A stretch of DNA of 26,794 bases from a virus (lineage: Duplodnaviria > Caudoviricetes). Shown here one piece after another: positions 17,221 to 26,133 of this stretch. Location: positions 1 to 26,794 of the IMG/VR virus record IMGVR_UViG_3300047279_000056; one strand, 5' to 3'. The notes under the pieces were generated by a model. The model was not told where the DNA came from, ran no database searches, and saw only the letters and a list, made by a program, of their open reading frames with translations. Made by a program: the position numbers and the translations under genes. How positions within the stretch are numbered: position 1 is the first letter of the stretch; every line of letters starts with the position of its first letter.

Positions 17221-17561
17221 ATGAACGACAAAGCTAAAGAATTATATTCGTACTTAAAGAGTCAGAACATGACTGACTTAGATGAGAATACATTTATTAA
17301 TAAATATTCCGATCCATCTAAATCAGCAGAGATACACTCATATCTTAAGAGTCAGAACATGACTGACTTAGATGCCTCATCGTTTCATAGCTCATACTTT
17401 GGTGGTGTAAAAAAAAAAGATTCTACTCCTCCAAAAAAGACGGATTCTTTCTTCAGTTCGGCTACAAAGATGGTCGATGCTTCGTTGGCTACATCAAAGC
17501 CAAAGACGGCTCAAAAGCCTTTGGAATCGTCATCAAAAGTAGACGACTCGAAGTACTATAA
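17221..17561 (+). CDS. Predicted -1 frameshift product (113 aa) of the giant ejection gene
   Basis: A10 run at 17409-17418. The -1 frame reads RFYSSKKDGFFLQFGYKDGRCFVGYIKAKDGSKAFGIVIKSRRLEVL* and has no start codon of its own. Confidence 0.55.
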
Positions 17562-20500
17562 GGTTTCAGGAAACGAGAAGGCTACCTATAAAAAAAGTAA
17601 TGGAGAATGGACTGTAGATGTAAATTCTACAGGTAAATTCCAGCCATTAACAAAAGGAGATGTAAATGCTAGAGTTAAAAATCTAGAGCAAAATGCAGTC
17701 CTTGATGAAGACATTACTTATTACAAGAATAAGAGTATTGGTAAGATATTAGGAGCTAATACCGAAGACCAAAGTGCGTCAGAATTATTAAGAGGAAAGG
17801 TATTTACAGGATTCCCAGGAAAGGAAGAAAATAAATACAGAATAATTGATAATAAGTGGCAGTATAGTAGACCATCAGAAGGTGGTTATACTAAATGGGC
17901 TGACGTAACAAACGATCAATCTATAAAGGCACTAAGTACTCAGTTTAATGAACTAGGAAAACTAGATGTATCTAAAAATATAGACTACATATCTGAATTC
18001 AAGGCAAAGAATGTCTTAGGGGAAAAAGCTACAGAAGAAGAATTAACAACTAAGCAGACTTACTATAAAAATATAGAGAAGCAAAAAATACTTAGAGCTT
18101 CAGGATATGATGTCCCTTTGAATGGAGATTTGAAAGATCCTAAAACTGTAGCAGCATTTAAATTGTTTGATGCTAAAATGGAGGCTAAGTCTGCTTCTAA
18201 TAATAAAGAAAGTCAGTTAAACGATAAGATCGATCTAGTTGTAAACAATACTCTTATCAATAACGATGAGGAAAACGTTGTAGCTAAATTAAGAGCTAAG
18301 TTTGGTAAGGACGGATTTATATTCGACGAGTCAGGAATTGGTGATGCTATAACTGTATCTTACAGTATTGACGGAGTTCAAGAAACTGACCCTATATCTA
18401 TCGATCTTCAATCGTTATATAGCGATGAAGAAGAAATGAATAAGCTTAAATCCTATATGAAGACTAAGCACGTAGGTGATTTTGAGAGAAACATAATTGG
18501 AGCTGACAATAGCGATACACCACTTACTACTGAGGAAAAAGTAAAACACTATAAGGACCTAACTAAATTAATGGCTAAAAATCCATTAAAGTATGGTAAG
18601 GAATTAATCAGTGAAGATGGTGGAGAAATTGATAATATTATATCTGAAGGATATTCAGACATCAAGGCTAAGTATATTGGACTAGAGGATGACGCTAAAA
18701 AAATAGAGGAAAAGGTAGCTCAATATAATGCGAACCCTACTAAAGAGTTAGAGCTATCTATAAATAACGATGTAAATAGATTAAAACAAAAGGAGTATCA
18801 GTTAAAGAGAGATGCTAATGATTTAAAAGGAATAGAATCTAACTACGCGAAGGCGGTTGGATCCTATGTAAATAGTGAATCAAAGAGTGGAAACTTCTTA
18901 GGAGGACTGAGTGCTTCATTTGTAAAAGGACTAACATCAATACCAAAAGCATTATTAAATGTATCGGCAGATGTATTACCGTTAGCTGTAGATAATTATG
19001 GATTAAATTCTGTTGAGTACGAAAAATTAAAACAAGAAGGACTTAGCGATGATGATATTTATAATAAGGTATCATCTAGCTTGAAAAGATCTGTAGTTGA
19101 TGACGTTCAAAAAGGAATTGTAAATATCGGATCACTTGGAACTACTACTGAAGAGTACTTAGGGTCGGAAGACAGGGGTATGGTATCACAGGCTGTTAAT
19201 GCGCTTGCTGAATCTATTGGTGCTAATATTTCAGGAGGTGGAAATCCAATGCTACAAAAGTTAGCGTTCTTCTCACAGTCATACAATGATATGGAATCAC
19301 AAATGAGTGGAACCGAGTTTGATGATATGAGTGCTATAGAAAAGAAAGGTATATCTATACTATATGGTATTGGAATAGGACAACTAGAAAAACTAGGGTT
19401 TGATGTTTCTTCAGGGATAGGTACAAATAAGATCGTTCAGAAATTTATAAACTACACAGTAGGTAAGACATTAAAAGATTTACCTAAGAACGCGTCAATT
19501 CATTTAATTGAGGAGACTATCTCTAAGAATATAAAAGCAAATTTAATATCTAACGGAATCAAGGTTGTTGCTGGTGGATTATCTGAGGCTACCCCTGAAT
19601 TTGTTCAATCAATCAGTGAGGTCGGTCTAAAGAATGTAGTAAATGCTATTCACGATAAAGAGTACTTCCAAGACGTGCCTGATTTAACTACAGCTGAAGG
19701 GTTAAAAGAAGCTCTATCGTTAGCTAGTCATGACGCTATAATAGGTGGTCTAGGTGGATCTATAATGGGTTCTTATAGTACGTACCAATCTAACAAAACA
19801 ACATCAACAGCTGATAAGGACTTTGAGTTAATGCGCGCGTCGTTAATAGACCCTGCATTATTGAAGTCCGTAAAGATGGATACAGCTCAGAGACTAAGAA
19901 AAGGAGAACTAACGAAAGAAGAGGCTCAGTCTGAAATTAGAAATATAAATAAGTCTGTCAGTATTTTAAATAAGATACCTACCGATATATCTAACAGAGG
20001 TGCTAGAGTATCTTATGAGTTACTTTCTGAAAAGGAAACGCTAGAGCAACAGATATTAAATAAAGATAAAAATTTAGTAGTAAAGCAGCAGGCTAGAATT
20101 GATGAGATTAATGGTCAGTTAGAAAATATAACTGAGACTATTAAAAACATGCCTGAGCCTATAGAAGTAGAAGCTACTCCTATTGAAAAAACAGAGGTAA
20201 TTACTACCCCTATTGATCCTACTAAAGTAGAAGGAGAAAAAGTAGTCCCAGTTGGGAAACGATTATTTAACGATCCAAACATAGAAACAAAAGCAATATC
20301 TAAAGCATATAAAGAATCTAAAGGCATTAAAACCAGTGAAGGTTCTAATATAGAGTCTGTAGATATTCCTAATGCTATGAAGATAGCTGATGCTTTCGAT
20401 GCACTAGAAGATACCCCTAATGATCCGATAGTTCAGAAGGCTTATAGTGATATGGCTACTGAGACAGCTGATCAACATAAATCTATAGTTGACGCTGGTT

Positions 20501-23500
20501 ATGATGTAGAAATATGGGAAGGAGATGGAGAGCCATATGCTAATGCTGAGGCAATGATATCTGACTTGAGAGATAATAAACATATGTATATCTACTCTAC
20601 TGAGGTAGGTTTTGGAGATACTCCTATAACTAATGAACAAAGAAATCAAAATAAATTACTTCAAGATTCAGGATATAAAGACAAGAACGGTAAGACATTA
20701 TTATATAATGACGTATTTAGATTTGTTCACGACTTTTTTGGTCACTCAGAGAGGGGTAATGGATTTGGAGCTATAGGTGAAGAAAATGCTTGGGATGTAC
20801 ATTCTAGAATGTACTCACCGTTAGCAAAGAGAGCTATGACTACAGAGACGAGAGGTCAAAATAGTTGGGTTAACTTCGGTCCTCAAATGCGTAACGCAGA
20901 TGGTACGTTAGTTAAGAAAGGAGATCAAGGATATAAAGAAGCTAAGGATAGAGAGTTTGCACCACAAAAAATGGGACTACTTCCTGAAGAGTTTTCACAA
21001 TCATTAGATGACGTGAAGGTTGATAAAGAGGTAGTACAATTGTCTGAATCAATAAGTAACAACGATGATATTCAAGAGGTCTTAAAAGATGCCACTAACT
21101 TAAAAAGAGCATCAGATTTTCTTAAAAATATAGAAGATAGTTTAGATCAATTTGGTAAAGAAACGCTTGGAATGAATTTACCTGTGGCGGTAGCTAAAGT
21201 TGTAGTTAAAACAATTAGAACATTAGTAGATGCAGGAGTATCATTAGAACAAGCGATTAAACAAGCATCCAAAGAACATAACGTATCAGAAGAAGATATT
21301 TATGATACGTTAAATGTAAAGCCTAGTAAAAAATCTGCATCAATCAAAGAAGCTATAACGAAAGCAAAGGAGAACGATATATCGGACGCTGCCATACGTA
21401 AGTACTTAAAAAACGAAGGATATACCGATAAGCAGGCTACCGATGAGATCAATAAGTTCAACATTAAGTCTGAAGATATTTGGACCAAGGGCGAGGAAGG
21501 AATAATAAACTCTCTAAAGTACTTCAAGAAGAAGTTATTCTCAGCTCGCGCGTTCTTGCCTATATCGGTTAGAAATGCTATCGAGAATAAGAACGCTACG
21601 ATCGCATTCCATAAGAACATCATCGCTAGGAATGTTGCTGACTTCAATCGTCTGTACAGAAAGTACGACGGGGACAAGGAACAACTATTAAAAGACTTTG
21701 ATCAGTACATTCGTGGTGAGAGATATAAAAATAATGAGGACAGTACAAAGAGCGATCGAGAGATAGAACTTCCGACCGACTTTAAGATTCTTGCTAACTC
21801 TATGAGAAATCAGATTGACGGACTGTCTAGACAGTTAATTGCTAGTGGTGCCGTTGATGTGGACAAAATTGAGACTATAAAGGCTAACCTTGGAAAGTAC
21901 TTGACTCGTTCATATGAGATGTACGATAATAAGAACTGGAAGAAAGATGTAAAAGATAATGTCAGACAGGCTGCCATTAATTATTTAAGAGTTCAGTACA
22001 AGAGCTATGCTGAGAATGTTTCAGAAAGAAACGATCAACCGTTCGAGGATGTGTTAAACGCGAAGGTAGAGCAAGAGATGGCTAACATATTCCCAATCGA
22101 GGCTAAGGGTAACTTTAAGAATAAATCGAAAGAAGGATCGAAGGATTTATCTATACTTAAATCTAAGAAGGAAATACCTACTGAGATACGAGCACTGATG
22201 GGTGAATATGAGGATCCAACTCTTAACTATGCTGCGACCGTTACAAAGTTAGCAGAACTTACATTGAATCACAAGTTCTTGTCTGATATTAAAGAGCTAG
22301 GGATGGGCAAATACTTCTTTGAGAAGGATGATATGCGTGCCCCTAAAGATTTTCACGTAGAGATTGCGCCAACAGGAAGTAATACAATGAGTCCACTTAA
22401 CGGACTGATGACCACTAAAGAGATCGCTGATGCATTCATGAAGGAGGCTAACGGTCTTAATGACTTTATGAAGGTTGTGATGGGTATTCAGGGTGCGATT
22501 AGATACTCGAAGACTATCCTATCTGTAGCAACACATGCCAAAAACTTAGTGGGTAACTTTGGTTTTATGTGGACCAACCTCCACTTAAAGCCTAATGAAA
22601 TTGGTAGAGCTATGAGGATTATTCATGGTGACTTATGGAACAAGTCAACCGACGTAAGAAAGGCTAAGATGGATGAGTACATCAAGGCTGGAGTTGTAAA
22701 ACAGTCAGCAGGTCTTGGTGAGATAATGGATATGTTTAAGGATGCAAACTTTGACATCTCTATGGCTTCAAGATTATCTAAGAAGAAAGTAGGAACGCTA
22801 GGTAAACTGAAGAGAGTAATATTCCAAGGTAAGAAGTTCATCGAGGACTCATACCAAGCGGAGGATGACTTCTTTAAGATTATCGCATACGAGCACGAGA
22901 TGAATAGATACTCAGATGCTATGTATGATAAAAAACGGGAGGATTTGACGGAGGACGAGTACAAGAAAGTACAAGAGAAGGTATCTGAGATCGTTAAAAA
23001 TATCTATCCAACATACGATAGAATTCCTGAGCTGATCAAGATGGTACGTAGAACTCCTCTTATTGGTAACTTCGTATCGTTTACTGCAGAGTCATACCGT
23101 ACTGCATGGAATACGTTGGCTCTAGCTACTGAAGAAATGAAGGACGAGAGTACGAGAGCTATTGGTGCCAAGAGAATTATCGGTGCATCGACATATGTTT
23201 CTGCAAAATCTGCGTTACTAATATATATGAGTAATAAGGCAGGAGCTGGATTTACAGGACTTCTAGGATATCTATTTGACGACGAAGAAGAGAAGAAGAG
23301 AGATGCTGACATAAAGTCATTCCTTCCTCCTTGGTCTAGGAACTCTGATGTATTATTACTAGATGTTGGAGATGGTAAGATACAGTACATCGACTTTAGT
23401 GCTACCGATCCACACGGATCAATGAAGAAGGTGCTTAACGCATTCTTTAGCGGAAAGACTGGGATAGATGGATTTATCGATGGAGCTATCGCTGTGTTCG

Positions 23501-24093
23501 AGCCGTTCATCGGAAAGGACATGGCTGTTGAGGCTGCCCTTGCGTTAGATAGTAACAGGAATAAGTACGGTGATACGATATATAATCCTGAGGATACTGA
23601 AGCAAAGAAGACGAGTAAGATAATGGGATACCTTTATGATTTAGTAAAGCCTGGGACTGCTGCATCTGTCGAGAGAATTGTAGAGTCTGAGAGTAAGGGA
23701 GCTGAGATCGCTGCTAATCTAACAGGATTTAGAATCAGTGAGATAGATGTTACGAAGCAGTTTGGATTTGGAATGTCAGAACTTGCTGACAGAATGAAGA
23801 ACGCTAACAAGATCTACAACTCTGCATACTACAACGACAAGGCATCTGAAGCTGATAAGAAGCAGGCTTACAAGGAAGCGAACGCTCGATCGAAAGAGAT
23901 AATGAAGGAGATGTCTGACCTGTACGACTCAGCTGAGAGATTAGGCAGTGATCCTAAGTTATTGATAGAGTCAATGTCTAGCGCACAGAATCAGTTGTCT
24001 GCTAAAGAGATAAAGGAGATTCAGTCTAGAGAGTACAGCGACCTTAAGTTGAAAGAAGATAAAGACAAGAAGAAGGTAGAAGCTTACTGGTAA
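17221..24093 (+). CDS. Giant multidomain ejection protein (~2290 aa; gp16-like/polyvalent)
   Basis: The start is probably ATG 17221, right after the upstream TAA. It has N-terminal repeats, a PG-binding-like motif, Gly-rich hydrophobic helices, an HDFFGH zincin-like domain and a C-terminal region with 'YQAEDDFFK...PTYDRIP...PLIGNFVSF' typical of large internal virion proteins. Confidence 0.75.
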   Translation: MNDKAKELYSYLKSQNMTDLDENTFINKYSDPSKSAEIHSYLKSQNMTDLDASSFHSSYFGGVKKKDSTPPKKTDSFFSSATKMVDASLATSKPKTAQKPLESSSKVDDSKYYKVSGNEKATYKKSNGEWTVDVNSTGKFQPLTKGDVNARVKNLEQNAVLDEDITYYKNKSIGKILGANTEDQSASELLRGKVFTGFPGKEENKYRIIDNKWQYSRPSEGGYTKWADVTNDQSIKALSTQFNELGKLDVSKNIDYISEFKAKNVLGEKATEEELTTKQTYYKNIEKQKILRASGYDVPLNGDLKDPKTVAAFKLFDAKMEAKSASNNKESQLNDKIDLVVNNTLINNDEENVVAKLRAKFGKDGFIFDESGIGDAITVSYSIDGVQETDPISIDLQSLYSDEEEMNKLKSYMKTKHVGDFERNIIGADNSDTPLTTEEKVKHYKDLTKLMAKNPLKYGKELISEDGGEIDNIISEGYSDIKAKYIGLEDDAKKIEEKVAQYNANPTKELELSINNDVNRLKQKEYQLKRDANDLKGIESNYAKAVGSYVNSESKSGNFLGGLSASFVKGLTSIPKALLNVSADVLPLAVDNYGLNSVEYEKLKQEGLSDDDIYNKVSSSLKRSVVDDVQKGIVNIGSLGTTTEEYLGSEDRGMVSQAVNALAESIGANISGGGNPMLQKLAFFSQSYNDMESQMSGTEFDDMSAIEKKGISILYGIGIGQLEKLGFDVSSGIGTNKIVQKFINYTVGKTLKDLPKNASIHLIEETISKNIKANLISNGIKVVAGGLSEATPEFVQSISEVGLKNVVNAIHDKEYFQDVPDLTTAEGLKEALSLASHDAIIGGLGGSIMGSYSTYQSNKTTSTADKDFELMRASLIDPALLKSVKMDTAQRLRKGELTKEEAQSEIRNINKSVSILNKIPTDISNRGARVSYELLSEKETLEQQILNKDKNLVVKQQARIDEINGQLENITETIKNMPEPIEVEATPIEKTEVITTPIDPTKVEGEKVVPVGKRLFNDPNIETKAISKAYKESKGIKTSEGSNIESVDIPNAMKIADAFDALEDTPNDPIVQKAYSDMATETADQHKSIVDAGYDVEIWEGDGEPYANAEAMISDLRDNKHMYIYSTEVGFGDTPITNEQRNQNKLLQDSGYKDKNGKTLLYNDVFRFVHDFFGHSERGNGFGAIGEENAWDVHSRMYSPLAKRAMTTETRGQNSWVNFGPQMRNADGTLVKKGDQGYKEAKDREFAPQKMGLLPEEFSQSLDDVKVDKEVVQLSESISNNDDIQEVLKDATNLKRASDFLKNIEDSLDQFGKETLGMNLPVAVAKVVVKTIRTLVDAGVSLEQAIKQASKEHNVSEEDIYDTLNVKPSKKSASIKEAITKAKENDISDAAIRKYLKNEGYTDKQATDEINKFNIKSEDIWTKGEEGIINSLKYFKKKLFSARAFLPISVRNAIENKNATIAFHKNIIARNVADFNRLYRKYDGDKEQLLKDFDQYIRGERYKNNEDSTKSDREIELPTDFKILANSMRNQIDGLSRQLIASGAVDVDKIETIKANLGKYLTRSYEMYDNKNWKKDVKDNVRQAAINYLRVQYKSYAENVSERNDQPFEDVLNAKVEQEMANIFPIEAKGNFKNKSKEGSKDLSILKSKKEIPTEIRALMGEYEDPTLNYAATVTKLAELTLNHKFLSDIKELGMGKYFFEKDDMRAPKDFHVEIAPTGSNTMSPLNGLMTTKEIADAFMKEANGLNDFMKVVMGIQGAIRYSKTILSVATHAKNLVGNFGFMWTNLHLKPNEIGRAMRIIHGDLWNKSTDVRKAKMDEYIKAGVVKQSAGLGEIMDMFKDANFDISMASRLSKKKVGTLGKLKRVIFQGKKFIEDSYQAEDDFFKIIAYEHEMNRYSDAMYDKKREDLTEDEYKKVQEKVSEIVKNIYPTYDRIPELIKMVRRTPLIGNFVSFTAESYRTAWNTLALATEEMKDESTRAIGAKRIIGASTYVSAKSALLIYMSNKAGAGFTGLLGYLFDDEEEKKRDADIKSFLPPWSRNSDVLLLDVGDGKIQYIDFSATDPHGSMKKVLNAFFSGKTGIDGFIDGAIAVFEPFIGKDMAVEAALALDSNRNKYGDTIYNPEDTEAKKTSKIMGYLYDLVKPGTAASVERIVESESKGAEIAANLTGFRISEIDVTKQFGFGMSELADRMKNANKIYNSAYYNDKASEADKKQAYKEANARSKEIMKEMSDLYDSAERLGSDPKLLIESMSSAQNQLSAKEIKEIQSREYSDLKLKEDKDKKKVEAYW
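17257..17374 (+). repeat. 28-nt exact direct repeat, period 90 nt
   Basis: AAGAGTCAGAACATGACTGACTTAGATG at 17257-17284 and 17347-17374 (SYLKSQNMTDLD twice). Confidence 0.95.
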
Positions 24094-24095
24094 AT

Positions 24096-24131
24096 AAAAA
24101 ATCCCTCACTAAATTAATAGTGAGGGGTTTT
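24096..24131. terminator. Bidirectional rho-independent terminator between convergent operons
   Basis: AAAATCCCTCACTA-AATTAA-TAGTGAGGGGTTTT, with an A-run on the left and a T-run on the right. Confidence 0.88.
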
Positions 24132-24137
24132 GTGCCG

Positions 24138-24230
24138 TATACTGCACTTTTTAACGTGAAAAACACTTAATGAAGGTGAAAAACATTTAATAGTGCAATA
24201 TAATACACTTAATCGGTTATTTTCCGATTA
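24138..24230. repeat. Structured intergenic element with direct and inverted repeats
   Basis: GTGAAAAACAYTTAAT at 24156 and 24176, enclosed by TATACTGCACT/AGTGCAATATA, plus a TAATCGG-N7-CCGATTA hairpin at 24210-24230. Confidence 0.7.
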
Positions 24231-24243
24231 TCTAATGGTGTTA

Positions 24244-24636
24244 TTACAACCTCCTAAACAAGTTACTATAGTTCAAGTGAAAGATAAACCCATAAAACGA
24301 TCTTACTACAGTGAATAATATCACCACATCCCAAAAGTTTAAGTTAAATATTCCGATCGATAAAAAGGCTAGACCTAATAAGAATCCTTCCTTAGAGATC
24401 ATCTTGAACATGTGCCATGCGTCGGTAACAAACACAAAGAACGTGGTGGATCCCCAAAACTTTGGTCCGAGATATTCTGACTTATCCTTGTACTTGTTTC
24501 TCCAAGAGAACGTCGGATCCCACCAGTCGTCGTTGAGGTCTTTAAATATACTCTCACTAAATCTGTGTGAGATAGTATCCATAACAGCTTCAGCAATTGC
24601 GGATATCATTATTAGTATTGTTCCTAATAGAATCAT
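24244..24636 (-). CDS. Phage membrane protein of unknown function
   Basis: 130 aa with several hydrophobic segments and a 'MD...SWRNKYK...TDAWH.FK' pattern. ATGA overlap with the upstream gene. Confidence 0.7.
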   Translation of the reverse strand: MILLGTILIMISAIAEAVMDTISHRFSESIFKDLNDDWWDPTFSWRNKYKDKSEYLGPKFWGSTTFFVFVTDAWHMFKMISKEGFLLGLAFLSIGIFNLNFWDVVILFTVVRSFYGFIFHLNYSNLFRRL

Positions 24637-24818
24637 TTTTTGATGTAGTTTAAGTAAAAGTGAAAGACTGAGCCGACGAAGGCTCCTATACCGATTAACA
24701 GCATGAAGATAGCAAATACAACCCCTACGTTCTCGGAGTTGTATCTAAATAAGTCTGCCATCGCTACTGTTACGAATAGAGCGAACGCTATTCCGAGTAT
24801 TGATAATATTTTTTCCAT
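24633..24818 (-). CDS. Small two-TM membrane protein
   Basis: 61 aa with two hydrophobic helices and a basic C-terminus, tightly packed in the operon. Confidence 0.65.
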   Translation of the reverse strand: MEKILSILGIAFALFVTVAMADLFRYNSENVGVVFAIFMLLIGIGAFVGSVFHFYLNYIKK

Positions 24819-24820
24819 AG

Positions 24821-24988
24821 TTATATTGTTTTATCTATTGCTATGCTGTAGCAATAGTTTAGTAAATTTAAATCGTGCTGTATAAAGAACGGGTTATATC
24901 TAATCTGAATAGATACCCTTCTGTTTTTCTTTTGATAGATATAATCCTCGACTACAGCTATCATTACGTTTATATCTATGTGTTCCAT
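24821..24988 (-). CDS. Hypothetical protein, 55 aa (not in ORF track)
   Basis: MEHIDINVMIAVVEDYIYQKKNRRVSIQIRYNPFFIQHDLNLLNYCYSIAIDKTI*. TGATG overlap with the upstream gene, and it fills the gap almost exactly. Confidence 0.75.
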   Translation of the reverse strand: MEHIDINVMIAVVEDYIYQKKNRRVSIQIRYNPFFIQHDLNLLNYCYSIAIDKTI

Positions 24989-26133
24989 CAGAATATATGT
25001 GATAACCGTGCAACCTGACCATGCTCAGGACTTAATATAAATGCCTCTACTGCTTTAGGAGACCACTGATATCCATTTCTATGGTGCCACCCGTCGGTGC
25101 CGCTTGGAGATCGTAATGTCTCTACATTTACAGACATATAATCCTTTCCTGATTTATGATGAACGTGGTGCCCGAATATATATCGATGGATACAATCGTG
25201 CCAGTTAGATGAAGCTTCGTGTGCCATCAACATAGGAAGGTCTGCAACCTTAGCTGAATCCATATGTGTAGTGCCAATTAAACATTTACCGTACACGCTG
25301 TACTTTCTATGAGACATATCACTGTTAAATGTGACGTTCTTACTATGTCTGAACCAACTAGAAATAGAATCTAATAACATAAACCCTGACATGTAGTCAT
25401 GGTTAGATGGATTATATACTACCTCAACGTCAGCTATCTGAACTAGAGTTTCAATAATATCTACTAACAACCTCTTGGCTGTAGTAAAATTGTCGTACCA
25501 CATTCCGTCGGTATCTTGTGGGGTACCTGATGTGGTCTGCCTGCGAGGGTTATCGGTATGTAGGATATCATTTCCAGCAACGAATATAATCTTATCGATA
25601 TTAAATCCGTTCGACTTTTGAATGATGCCGTGCATTCCATCCATGACTCTTTTAACGGCTATCTGTGAGTTATAATCCTCTCCAGTCTCAAAAGAGCTAC
25701 ATAACTTTCCGATATGAATATCTGCAGGATCAAATACCATACAGTGAGGCTCACTTGTAGGCTTCCTGTTGATCTTTGGGTACTTTGGCGACCATTTAGA
25801 TATTTCAGCTATAAAGTCGTCTCTAAAGTCGTTATAACTGAATTCATTTAAGTCTTTCTTTGAGCGTATAGAATATCGCTCACCTTTATACCAAAAGTCA
25901 GCAACCTTAGAAATATCTATACCATTCTTCTCACACTCTTCTACCAGTCCGTTCGACTTTCCGTCCTCCCAAACTGAAGATACAGTTTTCTTTTTCAAGT
26001 AATTATGAATAGTCTTTCTGTAGCTATCATTATACGGAATATGTAACTCAGTTGCTACAGTTCTAGCGATCTCTGACTTGTTTCTTGCACCATTCAGGTA
26101 CAACTCTAATGCTCTAATCTTGGCTTTCTCCAT
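24988..26133 (-). CDS. Calcineurin-like metallophosphoesterase with N-terminal HTH-like domain
   Basis: Motifs DIHIG, GND..H.D, SNHD, THMD, GHHVHH. ATG 26133 (MEKAKIRAL) is preferred over the GTG at 26154. Confidence 0.85.
   Translation of the reverse strand: MEKAKIRALELYLNGARNKSEIARTVATELHIPYNDSYRKTIHNYLKKKTVSSVWEDGKSNGLVEECEKNGIDISKVADFWYKGERYSIRSKKDLNEFSYNDFRDDFIAEISKWSPKYPKINRKPTSEPHCMVFDPADIHIGKLCSSFETGEDYNSQIAVKRVMDGMHGIIQKSNGFNIDKIIFVAGNDILHTDNPRRQTTSGTPQDTDGMWYDNFTTAKRLLVDIIETLVQIADVEVVYNPSNHDYMSGFMLLDSISSWFRHSKNVTFNSDMSHRKYSVYGKCLIGTTHMDSAKVADLPMLMAHEASSNWHDCIHRYIFGHHVHHKSGKDYMSVNVETLRSPSGTDGWHHRNGYQWSPKAVEAFILSPEHGQVARLSHIF

Noticed and set aside
758-23522. Antisense and alternate-frame ORFs in the track (e.g. 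758-1150, 1783-2112, 2286-2495, 3574-3843, 23004-23522)
   Set aside because: They lie wholly within strong + strand genes and have S/L/F-rich shadow composition, with no supporting signals.
3-24093. Stop-codon reassignment as in some crAss-like phages
   Set aside because: Genes are long and tightly packed in the standard code, and the splits in the nozzle locus are at TAA with frame changes, not at in-frame TAG/TGA.
15104-24093. Virion RNA polymerase among the ejection proteins
   Set aside because: I found no DxDxD-type polymerase catalytic motif in a convincing context, and host-type promoters are present.
24156-24191. Mini-CRISPR array
   Set aside because: There are only two 16-nt repeats with a 4-nt gap, so no spacer-sized unique sequence and no cas genes.
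24633-24818. Holin call for the two-TM protein
   Set aside because: The topology fits, but no endolysin or spanin is adjacent and the gene is on the non-structural strand.
24311-24885. + strand ORFs 24311-24643 and 24703-24885, and - strand ORF 24399-24596
   Set aside because: They are shadows of the coupled - strand membrane-protein genes.
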